A stretch of 64,000 nt of DNA from a virus. Lineage: Duplodnaviria > Heunggongvirae > Uroviricota > Caudoviricetes. Both the position numbers and the translations under genes were made by a program. The stretch's first letter is position 1; each line of letters starts with the position of its first letter. Below, one piece after another: positions 45,206 through 53,406 of the stretch. Below the pieces are notes generated by a model. The model was given only the letters and a program-made list of their open reading frames with translations, made no database searches and had not been told where the DNA came from. The stretch lies in the IMG/VR virus record IMGVR_UViG_3300050821_008494; one strand, 5' to 3'.

Positions 45206-45463
45206 ATGGGACAGAACATCGAGACTCTCGAAGGCTTCAGCCTCTTGGATTCTACAAGAGGTCTTGTAGTCTGCAAGCGGTGTAAGTCCGAAGTCCATCA
45301 TACGAAGCAACAGGAGCATACTAGGTTGCATCACCCCGCTAACTCTCGTGGAGTAGAACCCGGCCACACAATGGCAGAAATCCTCGGGGTTGCCGGAGTA
45401 TCTCACGAGACAGGGAAGGACTCCGACCCGTTCGACGTCAACATGGACGACCTGCTCAAGTGA
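45206..45463 (+). CDS. His/Cys-rich small protein, family member 4
   Basis: CKRCKSEVHHTKQQEHTRLHH...HTMAEILGV...DPFDVNMDDLLK. Confidence 0.4.
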   Translation: MGQNIETLEGFSLLDSTRGLVVCKRCKSEVHHTKQQEHTRLHHPANSRGVEPGHTMAEILGVAGVSHETGKDSDPFDVNMDDLLK

Positions 45464-45469
45464 TATTCC

Positions 45470-45709
45470 GTGCACAAAGAGTGGCTCGCTTTAATCGGAC
45501 GGAAGCTCGACGAATACAAATACAGCAACGACCCTAACGAGAGAGCCATTTACGAGCGCATTGAGCGGGTCTATCTTGCTCCAGCAGTCAACGAGATAAA
45601 CGCCAACGAACAATCCAAAGGCCGAATGGCTCCTTCTCGTGGAGGCAGAAGGGCTCCTGACCCATTCGACGGAATGCCCGGCGTCTCTATGGACGACGTG
45701 CTGGGTTGA
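45470..45709 (+). CDS. hypothetical protein with the family C-terminal motif (DPFDGMPGVSMDDVLG)
   Basis: GTG start. Confidence 0.35.
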   Translation: MHKEWLALIGRKLDEYKYSNDPNERAIYERIERVYLAPAVNEINANEQSKGRMAPSRGGRRAPDPFDGMPGVSMDDVLG

Positions 45710-45712
45710 ATC

Positions 45713-45750
45713 CTGTTGACTGTCAACAGTCCGATTTCCTTAAGAGTCGG
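45713..45750. promoter_or_regulatory. two palindromic operator-like elements
   Basis: CTGTTGAC-T-GTCAACAG (8-bp arms) and CCGA-tttCCTTAAGag-TCGG upstream of wHTH gene 45794. Confidence 0.4.
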
Positions 45751-45793
45751 AACAAACATTCCTGTTAGGCGTGGCGACGCAGGGAGCAGATGA

Positions 45794-46072
45794 GTGATTT
45801 TGGACGAGACACAACTCATCAACTACATGAAATCTAACAACTGTATGGCTAAGGTCGGTAAGCCAGACACAATGGAGGCTGCTGCGGCCTTAGAGCGGAG
45901 AGGCATGATTGAGAAGGTCGGGTCTCACAAGGGTCAACCAATCTACCATATGACCGACAAGGCAATAGAGGTCTACACCGGGAAGCGTCCTGCTCCAGTT
46001 GCTACTCTGAACGACTCAATAGCAGTCGGCTCAAGACTCAACCTGAAGACGGAGATGCCAATAAGGGCATGA
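45794..46072 (+). CDS. winged-helix DNA-binding protein, paralog of the 46972 N-terminus
   Basis: GTG start; wHTH-like. Confidence 0.4.
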   Translation: MILDETQLINYMKSNNCMAKVGKPDTMEAAAALERRGMIEKVGSHKGQPIYHMTDKAIEVYTGKRPAPVATLNDSIAVGSRLNLKTEMPIRA

Positions 46073-46905
46073 GCGAGTCTCCAAAGGTGAGAGTCGATTC
46101 ATCCGGCGATACAGGAACACGGACCACCTTTTCAAACATCTCAGAAGAGGAGCGTAGGAAGCTCAACGCGCCTCCAAGCAAGATAAAGACAGTTCCTATT
46201 AAAATCAAGAACATCGCCGTTGAGGCAGCAAAGGCAACTCCCGGAGCGTTGAAGTCAGGAGCGACATTAGGAGCCAAGGCCATAGCTACCGCAGCGGCAG
46301 AAGGCACCAAAGGTTATCGCGAAGACCGACAACGTGCCGACTCTGTTAGGAGAATCAACGCGGAGATAGCACAAGATGCCTACCTCAAAGGACTTCAGAC
46401 CGGAGTTGCCAAGAGAGCTTACGCTAGAGGTCAGCAAAGAGGTCTTGGTAGCAGAACCAACGGTCGTCAGAGCATAGAGCAACAGGCCTACGAGTATGGT
46501 CTCAAGAAAGGAATTGCGAAGCGAGCCGCACAGAAGGGCTACGAGCGAGGCCTTGGAGTTCAGCAAAGACCTTCTCCTTCTGGAGAGTTCGGACTTGGAG
46601 GAGGTCTCTCTGGTTACACTCTTGGCGGTGACTTAGGCATTATCGGCATGGGACCTAGCTCTACCGTCCGACAGGTTCCGGGCAAAGGAGGGAAGCCACA
46701 GCTCGTCCGTGTAGCCGAAGAGCCAGCTAGAATCGGAGGAGGGGAGGCAGAAGTCCTCTCTTGGATGAACCAACCTGCGCCTCCTGCCAGCAAGGTCGTC
46801 ATAAAGAAGGGAAAGCCTGTCACAATCAAGGCAGCTCCTCGAAGAGGCGACTCTATGGAAGACATTCTCGGATTCGGAGCCCTCGACTCAATGCGAATAG
46901 AGTGA
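46069..46905 (+). CDS. repeat protein (278 aa) with Y.KGL..G.AKRAY.RG...RGLG repeats
   Basis: ATGA overlap; three internal repeats. Confidence 0.5.
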   Translation: MSESPKVRVDSSGDTGTRTTFSNISEEERRKLNAPPSKIKTVPIKIKNIAVEAAKATPGALKSGATLGAKAIATAAAEGTKGYREDRQRADSVRRINAEIAQDAYLKGLQTGVAKRAYARGQQRGLGSRTNGRQSIEQQAYEYGLKKGIAKRAAQKGYERGLGVQQRPSPSGEFGLGGGLSGYTLGGDLGIIGMGPSSTVRQVPGKGGKPQLVRVAEEPARIGGGEAEVLSWMNQPAPPASKVVIKKGKPVTIKAAPRRGDSMEDILGFGALDSMRIE

Positions 46906-46949
46906 GCTTTGTTTGGTTTCATCATCTCAACAGAGTCATCTAAATGCGT

Positions 46950-46964
46950 CCCTTAACTTAAGGG
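46950..46964. promoter_or_regulatory. perfect palindrome CCCTTAA-C-TTAAGGG (operator-like)
   Basis: 8 nt upstream of ATG 46972. Confidence 0.45.
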
Positions 46965-46971
46965 CTGTGTA

Positions 46972-47481
46972 ATGAACGGTCCCGAGTTCGTGAAGTATCT
47001 CTCAACTCACAAAGGAGAGGCTATGATAGGAAACGACGAGACTCTCGCTGTAGCACGCTACATGGAGAGCAAAGGCCTCCTAACCAAAATAGGAACCAAG
47101 GACAATCATCCAATATTCCGAGTCACTTCAGATGGAAGGGCTTTCGTTACTCAGGCTCTGAAGGCTGCAGGTCAAACCAAGGGAGAGAAGGCGAAGGACT
47201 TTCTCAAGTCAGCAGTTGGAGCCTTCCAAGATTACGCCGAGGCATATCGCAACATGCATCCTGTAGGCATGGAAGACGTCCGAAGGACGTTCGGTGGAGG
47301 AGGCCTCGGAGGAAGAGCCTCAGACGAGCCAATACTTCTTCCTCCCATAGAGCCAATGAGGCTCGACGTCGGACAATCTGCTCTCCCGAAGAAAGGCAAG
47401 CAGGTCGAGGAGGTCATCAAGATTGACGGCCAATACTACAAGAAGGTCGGCAAGAACCGCTACGAGAAGGTTAGTTCTTGA
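46972..47481 (+). CDS. winged-helix domain protein
   Basis: perfect palindrome CCCTTAACTTAAGGG 8 nt upstream of ATG. Confidence 0.45.
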   Translation: MNGPEFVKYLSTHKGEAMIGNDETLAVARYMESKGLLTKIGTKDNHPIFRVTSDGRAFVTQALKAAGQTKGEKAKDFLKSAVGAFQDYAEAYRNMHPVGMEDVRRTFGGGGLGGRASDEPILLPPIEPMRLDVGQSALPKKGKQVEEVIKIDGQYYKKVGKNRYEKVSS

Positions 47482-47591
47482 GTTCGCTCCCAAAGAACCT
47501 CACCGCATAAATAACGCCACACAGGAGAAGTTCGCTCCTTTAGTTAGCTCCTAACCTACTCTCTACCCCTCTCTCTATCGAAACGAACCTA

Positions 47592-47616
47592 CTGAACTGA
47601 ACTGAACCAACCTGAA
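47592..47616. repeat. pentamer micro-repeat (CTGAA)x3 + CCAAC + CTGAA
   Basis: in intergenic region 47482-47674, which also carries direct repeat AGTTCGCTCC at 47483 and 47524. Confidence 0.5.
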
Positions 47617-47644
47617 TGTTGTATCCTGATTCGTGTAGTATGAC

Positions 47645-47651
47645 TTTAAAA
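47645..47651 (+). promoter_or_regulatory. TATA-like box TTTAAAA 24 nt upstream of ATG 47675 (leaderless-type spacing)
   Basis: seen in sequence. Confidence 0.4.
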
Positions 47652-47674
47652 GGCGCACCGACCGACCTTAACTT

Positions 47675-47899
47675 ATGCCCAAGGTTCAAGCTGAGGCCGA
47701 ACAAGTTTTCGTTTTCACCTGCAAAGAAATTCTCACACACGGCATCACACGCGAGAAGCGTGAGTGCGGGAAGGTCATTCGCTCAATCTCTAGAGGTCAA
47801 TTCGACTACTGGGTTCAGGAGCACAAGGCCAAGCACGCTGCCAAGAAGAGAGGCATCAAGACCTCTCAAGCCCTCGCTTCAAAATCAAAGGCGAAGTAG
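47675..47899 (+). CDS. small basic protein
   Basis: ORF track. Confidence 0.4.
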   Translation: MPKVQAEAEQVFVFTCKEILTHGITREKRECGKVIRSISRGQFDYWVQEHKAKHAAKKRGIKTSQALASKSKAK

Positions 47900-48817
47900 T
47901 TGGCCGCTCCGTCACCGGAGCCCTTGAGCGGACTCCGCAAGTATCTCTCCGGTCGTCGAGCTAACGGCATCATCTCAGCCATAGCAGCAGGCGCACTCAT
48001 TCAAGCGATGCTCATCTTCGCAGTCGAACTCTTCCAAGTCAACGTCCCTCTCATCCAATTCTTCATAGGCCAAACTTCCGGCTCCGGAGGTCAGAGCCTC
48101 CAATACCAACCTCTCGGTTCCTCCCCATCAGGGCAAGCAGTCTCCGGATTCCTCTACATCATACCTGCCATAGCAGCCACCTTCGGCATGGTCTACCTAG
48201 CACGGCGCAATCCTCGTGTCTGGTTCAAGCTCGTGATAGGAATTGCCTTCGCGCTCGGCTCCTTCTTCATCGGCTTCGTCTCCTATTGGTGGTGGCTCGG
48301 CTTCTGGCCAACGGCAATCCTCATAGTCGGTCTGGCCACGGCAGTCTTGGTATCCTTTACGTTCAAGTCACGCACAAGAGCAGCTCTCGCAGGAGCACCT
48401 TTCAAAATCTGGTTCGCCGTAGGTTTTGCCTTTCTCTCTTTCCTCACACTCCCATTCTTCATGTGCCTAGCCATAATCTGCGGCTTTGCAGTCTGGGACA
48501 TAATCGCCGTCTTCCGAGGACCTCTCAAAGAAGTCGTCAAGTCAGAAGGCAAGGCCTTCCAATTCCTCCGCACTGCCCTGATGCTTGACTTCGGTCTCGG
48601 TGGCATCGGCCTCGGAGACCTCTACCTCTACAGCCTCATGACAATGCTCGCAGCGTCCCTCGGCTTCCATCAAGTCGAGGCCTCATACATTGCAATCCTC
48701 GCCGGAGTCATGCTCAGCTACTACCTCCTCCGCACACGCGAGAAGATTGGCCTGCCGGGGCTTCCTTTGCCGGTCCTCTTCTTCATAGTCTCCGTAGGAG
48801 CACTCACACTTGCCTAG
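47900..48817 (+). CDS. presenilin/signal-peptide-peptidase family (GxGD-type) intramembrane aspartyl protease homolog
   Basis: VWDIIAVFRGPLKEV vs PS1 VYDLVAVLCPKGPLRMLVE; GIGLGDLYLYS vs LGLGDFIFYS; LPGLPLPV vs LPALPISI (PAL motif). Confidence 0.55.
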   Translation: MAAPSPEPLSGLRKYLSGRRANGIISAIAAGALIQAMLIFAVELFQVNVPLIQFFIGQTSGSGGQSLQYQPLGSSPSGQAVSGFLYIIPAIAATFGMVYLARRNPRVWFKLVIGIAFALGSFFIGFVSYWWWLGFWPTAILIVGLATAVLVSFTFKSRTRAALAGAPFKIWFAVGFAFLSFLTLPFFMCLAIICGFAVWDIIAVFRGPLKEVVKSEGKAFQFLRTALMLDFGLGGIGLGDLYLYSLMTMLAASLGFHQVEASYIAILAGVMLSYYLLRTREKIGLPGLPLPVLFFIVSVGALTLA

Positions 48818-49016
48818 AGTCAACCCTCTCGAAGGGTGGAAGCTCTACAGCTCCTTCGGTATCAAACCTATTCCGAAACGCCTATGGTGGGTGTTCAGAT
48901 ACATTCCTCCTTCACGTCTTCGAAGGATGCGAGAAGGAACTTATCTCGCCATAGGTCCAAAGAGCCAAGTTGCCATGGTCACGGTTAGTTACGCTACTCC
49001 CAAGAGGGAGAGATAA
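48810..49016 (+). CDS. hypothetical basic protein
   Basis: TTG start. Confidence 0.3.
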   Translation: MPRVNPLEGWKLYSSFGIKPIPKRLWWVFRYIPPSRLRRMREGTYLAIGPKSQVAMVTVSYATPKRER

Positions 49017-49192
49017 TCACATCCTACAACGGAGGCATCTTCTGGACTTCGGGCAACGTCCACAACGTCGAATACGGCACAGTCCTCCTTGTCCTGACAA
49101 TCGTCGAACTCCGCTTCAACGTCCTCAAGCGCTTCCGCAGCTACATTGGCGACTTCTTCGGACGCCCAATTCACACCATCGAAATCTTCTCA

Positions 49193-49774
49193 ATGTCGGT
49201 CATCGTCTGGTTCTGGCTGAGCCTCTACTTCTTCGTTAAGTTCAACACCAACCTCATCAACCTCCGCGTAGTCAACGCCCTCGTTGGCACAGGGGTCGGC
49301 ACAGGACATTGGTTCGCATGGCTCGCAATAGCAGCCATAGCAACCCGTTGGGGATGGGACAACGCCCCAGCAGGCTTCCTCACGGTCGGACTCTACAGCG
49401 CCCTCCACGAAGGCTTCTGGTATGTCTTCTACTATGCCATCTACCCCGGCCAGATTGCACTGACATGGCTCTTCTATCTCCCATTCGGCTACCTCGGCCT
49501 CTGCCTGTCAATCTCCTACCTCCTCCTCTCCCGCAACCGCAAAGTTGACGAGCGCTACGCCAGCATACCCAAGATTCCAACCCGCATCTTCCTCATGACA
49601 ATCGCCCTCTTCCTAGTCACCGACATCATGTGGGCTATGGCAGGCTTCCCCGTCACTGTCCGTCTCGACACCGGACCCACTCCTCAATTCCCAGACCTCT
49701 CAACAAATCTCATCGAGGACAACAGCTGGGTGACCCCGGCACTTCCGCTCATCTTCTCCGAGAGGGAAAACTAG
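49193..49774 (+). CDS. polytopic membrane protein, member 1 of triplicated membrane-domain family
   Basis: TRWGWDNAPAGFLTVGLYSALHEGFW motif; in-frame upstream extension lacks ATG. Confidence 0.45.
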   Translation: MSVIVWFWLSLYFFVKFNTNLINLRVVNALVGTGVGTGHWFAWLAIAAIATRWGWDNAPAGFLTVGLYSALHEGFWYVFYYAIYPGQIALTWLFYLPFGYLGLCLSISYLLLSRNRKVDERYASIPKIPTRIFLMTIALFLVTDIMWAMAGFPVTVRLDTGPTPQFPDLSTNLIEDNSWVTPALPLIFSEREN

Positions 49775-49777
49775 CCC

Positions 49778-49936
49778 GTGTGCGACAGAACCTGCACAGT
49801 TCACAAGAAGCCCTGTAAGGCAACTCACAACGGCAAAGACCCAATCCAAGGCCTCCTCAAAAGCCGGAGAGAACACTATCACCAAGGTTGGGCAATCTTC
49901 GGCAACGAGAACTGCAAATGGAGCCGTCCGAAATGA
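49778..49936 (+). CDS. small Cys-rich protein
   Basis: GTG start; stop overlaps next ATG. Confidence 0.3.
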   Translation: MCDRTCTVHKKPCKATHNGKDPIQGLLKSRREHYHQGWAIFGNENCKWSRPK

Positions 49937-50547
49937 GCGCCACACATGGCATCCCTGTTGAAAGTGACTTAGCGAAATCCGTCACTCGCCCCATCTACTA
50001 CTTCATATCAATCGTAGCAGTCGCGGCAGGCTTCTACTACATCTACACATACGACGGCCTCTCAAACCTCTCCCAAGCCTTCCCCGGCAACTTCAACGAC
50101 CGCATCGAGATTCCCGTCCCATTCACTCACTACCTTCTCCCAATCCTCCCTCCATCAGCGTTCGCCCTCGGCATCTCCCTCTTCTTCTACGAGCGCAAGT
50201 TTGGCTGGCGAGCCCTTCCACTTATCTTCATGGTCTCTGGCGCATTCGACTTCCTCTGGAACCGCGATGCCATCACCTTCATCTTCCAAGGAGACTTCTG
50301 GGTCTTCTTCCAACTCGCTATAATGATTGGTGGCTGGCTCGCTGCAGGACGTCCCAAGTTCCTCTCAACCAAGTATCTCTTCATCTGCCTCTTCCTCTTC
50401 GCTGTGACAAACTTCACCTACAACCAGCCATTCGAGTTCGGCCTTCTCCTCTACGTCTACACTTCGACATCTTGGCCATCAAAGCGAGATACTGTCCTCA
50501 TTCGCGAGGCCTCCGAATATATTCCAAGCAGGAGTCCTCCAACTTGA
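49933..50547 (+). CDS. polytopic membrane protein, member 2
   Basis: RKFGWRALPLIFMVSGAFDFLWN motif. Confidence 0.45.
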   Translation: MSATHGIPVESDLAKSVTRPIYYFISIVAVAAGFYYIYTYDGLSNLSQAFPGNFNDRIEIPVPFTHYLLPILPPSAFALGISLFFYERKFGWRALPLIFMVSGAFDFLWNRDAITFIFQGDFWVFFQLAIMIGGWLAAGRPKFLSTKYLFICLFLFAVTNFTYNQPFEFGLLLYVYTSTSWPSKRDTVLIREASEYIPSRSPPT

Positions 50548-50831
50548 GTGACGACTCTTCCAAGGCAGACAAGCTCGGCCTCTTCCAGAAAGTCCTCGAT
50601 GCCTTCGCGGAAGGCAGGACAATATCACGCAAAGACCTTCACCTCCTCCAAGACCTAGCCTACAGGCTTACAGAGACAGACGATGTCCGAAGGTTCCGTC
50701 TCAAGCTCCTGTTCGTGAAGGACATCGTAATCTGGATTAGCTTCCTCGCCACAGTCATCTTCGTAGTCCAGTATGCCTTCGATTTCATAGCCGCACTTCA
50801 CGGCTTTGGAAGGATTGGGAACAGCTTTTGA
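50544..50831 (+). CDS. small protein with C-terminal TM
   Basis: TTGA overlap. Confidence 0.35.
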   Translation: MSDDSSKADKLGLFQKVLDAFAEGRTISRKDLHLLQDLAYRLTETDDVRRFRLKLLFVKDIVIWISFLATVIFVVQYAFDFIAALHGFGRIGNSF

Positions 50832-52069
50832 CAATCACCCAGACGCTCGGCAACTCGAAGCTCCTCAACATAGGAGCCTACGCAGGAACCATATTCTTCA
50901 TGCTCTGGGCTCTCTACAACGCACTCACCTACGGTTGGGACTACTACAGCGACTACATCCCATTCCTCCCGAAGGGCTTCCGCATCTTTGCGGCATGGCC
51001 ATACTCCATCCTAGTCTTCGGAATCCTCGCCCTCTACTGCATCAAGCGCTACGGCTGGCCGGGTCTCTTCTTTGCCGCAGCCATCAACGAACTCTGGGAA
51101 CTCGCCTACGACATGACACCGGCAGTCATCCAAGTCCGCTACTGCCCCGAGGTCTACTCCGTCCCCGGCCAAAACTACCTCTTCTGCGCAGTCAACGAGT
51201 CAGCAATCTTCGACCCGCACTTCTTCCTCTACATTGGCCAAGGCATAGCTCTCGTCCTCTTCGCATTCGCAATGGTCCTCCAATTCAGAGGCTACACCTT
51301 CAGCATCAAGAACCTCGGCAAGCTCTTCATCCTCCAATGGCTCTTCTCCATAGCAACGTGGCCATGGAGCATCTGGTATGAGTTCCTCGCCGAAGTCTCG
51401 GTCGTCCTTCTCTTCTTCCTTCTCGAAGTCCCGCAAGATGCCGTGAGCATCTACGGTCAAGCAACCGACAAGCTTGACGAGAAGTTCTTTGACCATCAAA
51501 CCGAGCAGGGCTTCTCCGTAGCAGCGACCGCTGTGGCAAACTCTCTCAAGACAATTCTGTCACCCACAGAGGCCCTCGATGTTGGCTGTGGCAAAGGCTT
51601 TCTCGTGCGCCAGCTTAACCTCTTGGGAGTCAAGTCCTGCGGAATGGACAAGAGCCTCTACGCCATACAACACAGAGCCTCCGGTCTCGACCAAAATGAA
51701 CTCATGTTAGGCGACATATCCGCACGCACATCACTAATGGACGGCTACTTCGACCTAGTCACCTGCATCGGAGTCCTTCAATACCTAGACGACAAGCACT
51801 CTGCTCTCAGGGAGATGAGGCGTCTACTCCAGACCGGAGGAAAGCTCTTCATAGCGTTCCCACTTCATAGGCGTAGCCAGAAGCCCTTTGCCGAATCCGT
51901 AGAGCATCTCGGCTTCAAGTTCCTTCCCGACTCCTCCGAGGAACTCGCCAAGCTCTACCCATACATCCTCGGCAGAAAGTTCGGCCTCCTCAGCAAGTGG
52001 CCATTCAAAGTCCTGATACCCCGTTTCCAGAAAGACGACTTCGCCTTCCTCTGCTTTCAGGCGATATGA
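50828..52069 (+). CDS. membrane domain (member 3) fused to class I SAM-dependent methyltransferase
   Basis: N-terminal KRYGWPGLFFAAAINELWELAYD; C-terminal LDVGCGKGFLVRQL (motif I), DLVTCIGVLQYL, GGKLFIAFP. Confidence 0.55.
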   Translation: MTITQTLGNSKLLNIGAYAGTIFFMLWALYNALTYGWDYYSDYIPFLPKGFRIFAAWPYSILVFGILALYCIKRYGWPGLFFAAAINELWELAYDMTPAVIQVRYCPEVYSVPGQNYLFCAVNESAIFDPHFFLYIGQGIALVLFAFAMVLQFRGYTFSIKNLGKLFILQWLFSIATWPWSIWYEFLAEVSVVLLFFLLEVPQDAVSIYGQATDKLDEKFFDHQTEQGFSVAATAVANSLKTILSPTEALDVGCGKGFLVRQLNLLGVKSCGMDKSLYAIQHRASGLDQNELMLGDISARTSLMDGYFDLVTCIGVLQYLDDKHSALREMRRLLQTGGKLFIAFPLHRRSQKPFAESVEHLGFKFLPDSSEELAKLYPYILGRKFGLLSKWPFKVLIPRFQKDDFAFLCFQAI

Positions 52070-52770
52070 TGGAGCCACAATCTAGGATTCCAGAGTTCTC
52101 CGGCACCACAGTATCCATTGTCATCCCTGCTCACAACGAGCGCGACACAATACGCAACATAGTGGCAGGCTGTCTCCCATACGGCGAAGTCATCGTTGTA
52201 GATGACGGCAGCACGGATGACACTTCAGCACAAGCCACAGAAGCAGGGACTAGAGCTAACCCCAAGCTCGTAATCCTACACAAGAACTTCGGTTACTCCT
52301 ACGCCATCAAGAAAGGCTATGAAGCCTCAACAGGCGAAATCATAGCCCTCGTAGATGCAGACGGACAGCAGAACCCCGACGAACTCCACAGGCTCCTTTC
52401 CCCAATCCTCAACGACGAAGCCGACATGGTCATCGGTTCCAAAATCCTCGGCACCATGGACTACGAGCCAGCAATCGCGAACTCCCTTATGAACGAGACA
52501 TGGCAGAACCTCATCCTGTGGCGCTTCGGAGTAAACCTCACTCACCCCTTCAGCGGCATGAGGGCAATGCGCAAGTCCTGCATCGACATGAGCGCCCTCA
52601 AATCTAATCGCTTCGAGTCCATGCTGGAGCTTGACATCTCATTCATCAAGAACGGTTACAGGATTCTCGAAGTCCCTCGCGTCGCCCGAGCCCGGACCAA
52701 AGGCAAGTCTCATGTCACACTAGCAGACGGCCTTCGTGTCATGTGGAGAGGAGCACAGCTCCTCCTATGA
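52066..52770 (+). CDS. GT2-family glycosyltransferase (dolichyl-phosphate sugar synthase / GtrB-like)
   Basis: VSIVIPAHNE, VIVVDDGSTDDT, DADGQ. Confidence 0.6.
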   Translation: MMEPQSRIPEFSGTTVSIVIPAHNERDTIRNIVAGCLPYGEVIVVDDGSTDDTSAQATEAGTRANPKLVILHKNFGYSYAIKKGYEASTGEIIALVDADGQQNPDELHRLLSPILNDEADMVIGSKILGTMDYEPAIANSLMNETWQNLILWRFGVNLTHPFSGMRAMRKSCIDMSALKSNRFESMLELDISFIKNGYRILEVPRVARARTKGKSHVTLADGLRVMWRGAQLLL

Positions 52771-53264
52771 CTCTCTTCAGCTGGACCTTCCGCAGAGTCC
52801 TCGCCGTCTCAGTAGCAACCCCAGCACTAGCCATAGGCTACATAGTCACATGGCTCCTCATAGTCCATGTCCACTACCAAACAGTAGGCGTCCTCTCCTC
52901 CGTCTTCATAGGAGACATCTCAGCATTCATATTCGGCCAAGCCACACAAGACTACCAATACAGGTTCATGCTCCGCTTCAAGTCCTTCCGCGAGATAATG
53001 CCGCAGCGCAAGAGCCCCAAATCAGACACACCACAGAAGTTCATCAAGCGCAGGTTCCTCAGCTTCCTAACCCTCTTCCCTCCCATGGCATTCAACTACC
53101 TCGCCGTCTTCGTCCTCATCTCCTTCATCCACTTCCACACCGTCTGGATTCTCTCGGCAGTCCTAGTCGGCGATGGTCTGGGTTTCGCTTTCAACAGTCT
53201 CACCCTCGACTATCAGTTTAAGTTCCTCATGCACTTCGAGTCCTTCAAGGAGCTTCTAGATTGA
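52767..53264 (+). CDS. GtrA-like 4-TM protein with internal tandem duplication
   Basis: two halves each TM + DYQ(Y/F)(R/K)F(M/L)(L/M)(R/H)F(K/E)SF(R/K)E(I/L)(M/L); ATGA overlap with GT2. Confidence 0.45.
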   Translation: MTLFSWTFRRVLAVSVATPALAIGYIVTWLLIVHVHYQTVGVLSSVFIGDISAFIFGQATQDYQYRFMLRFKSFREIMPQRKSPKSDTPQKFIKRRFLSFLTLFPPMAFNYLAVFVLISFIHFHTVWILSAVLVGDGLGFAFNSLTLDYQFKFLMHFESFKELLD

Positions 53265-53406
53265 AGCCCGAACCAGCCAAGCCTATGCCGTCCAAGAAGA
53301 CAGCATCACAGCAAGAGACCATCGAAGAGCAGGACATCAACAAAGAAGCAGCAGCATGGTGCGACCCTCCCTAAGTTAAATAGCAGCCCAACAGACAAGC
53401 CCTTCC

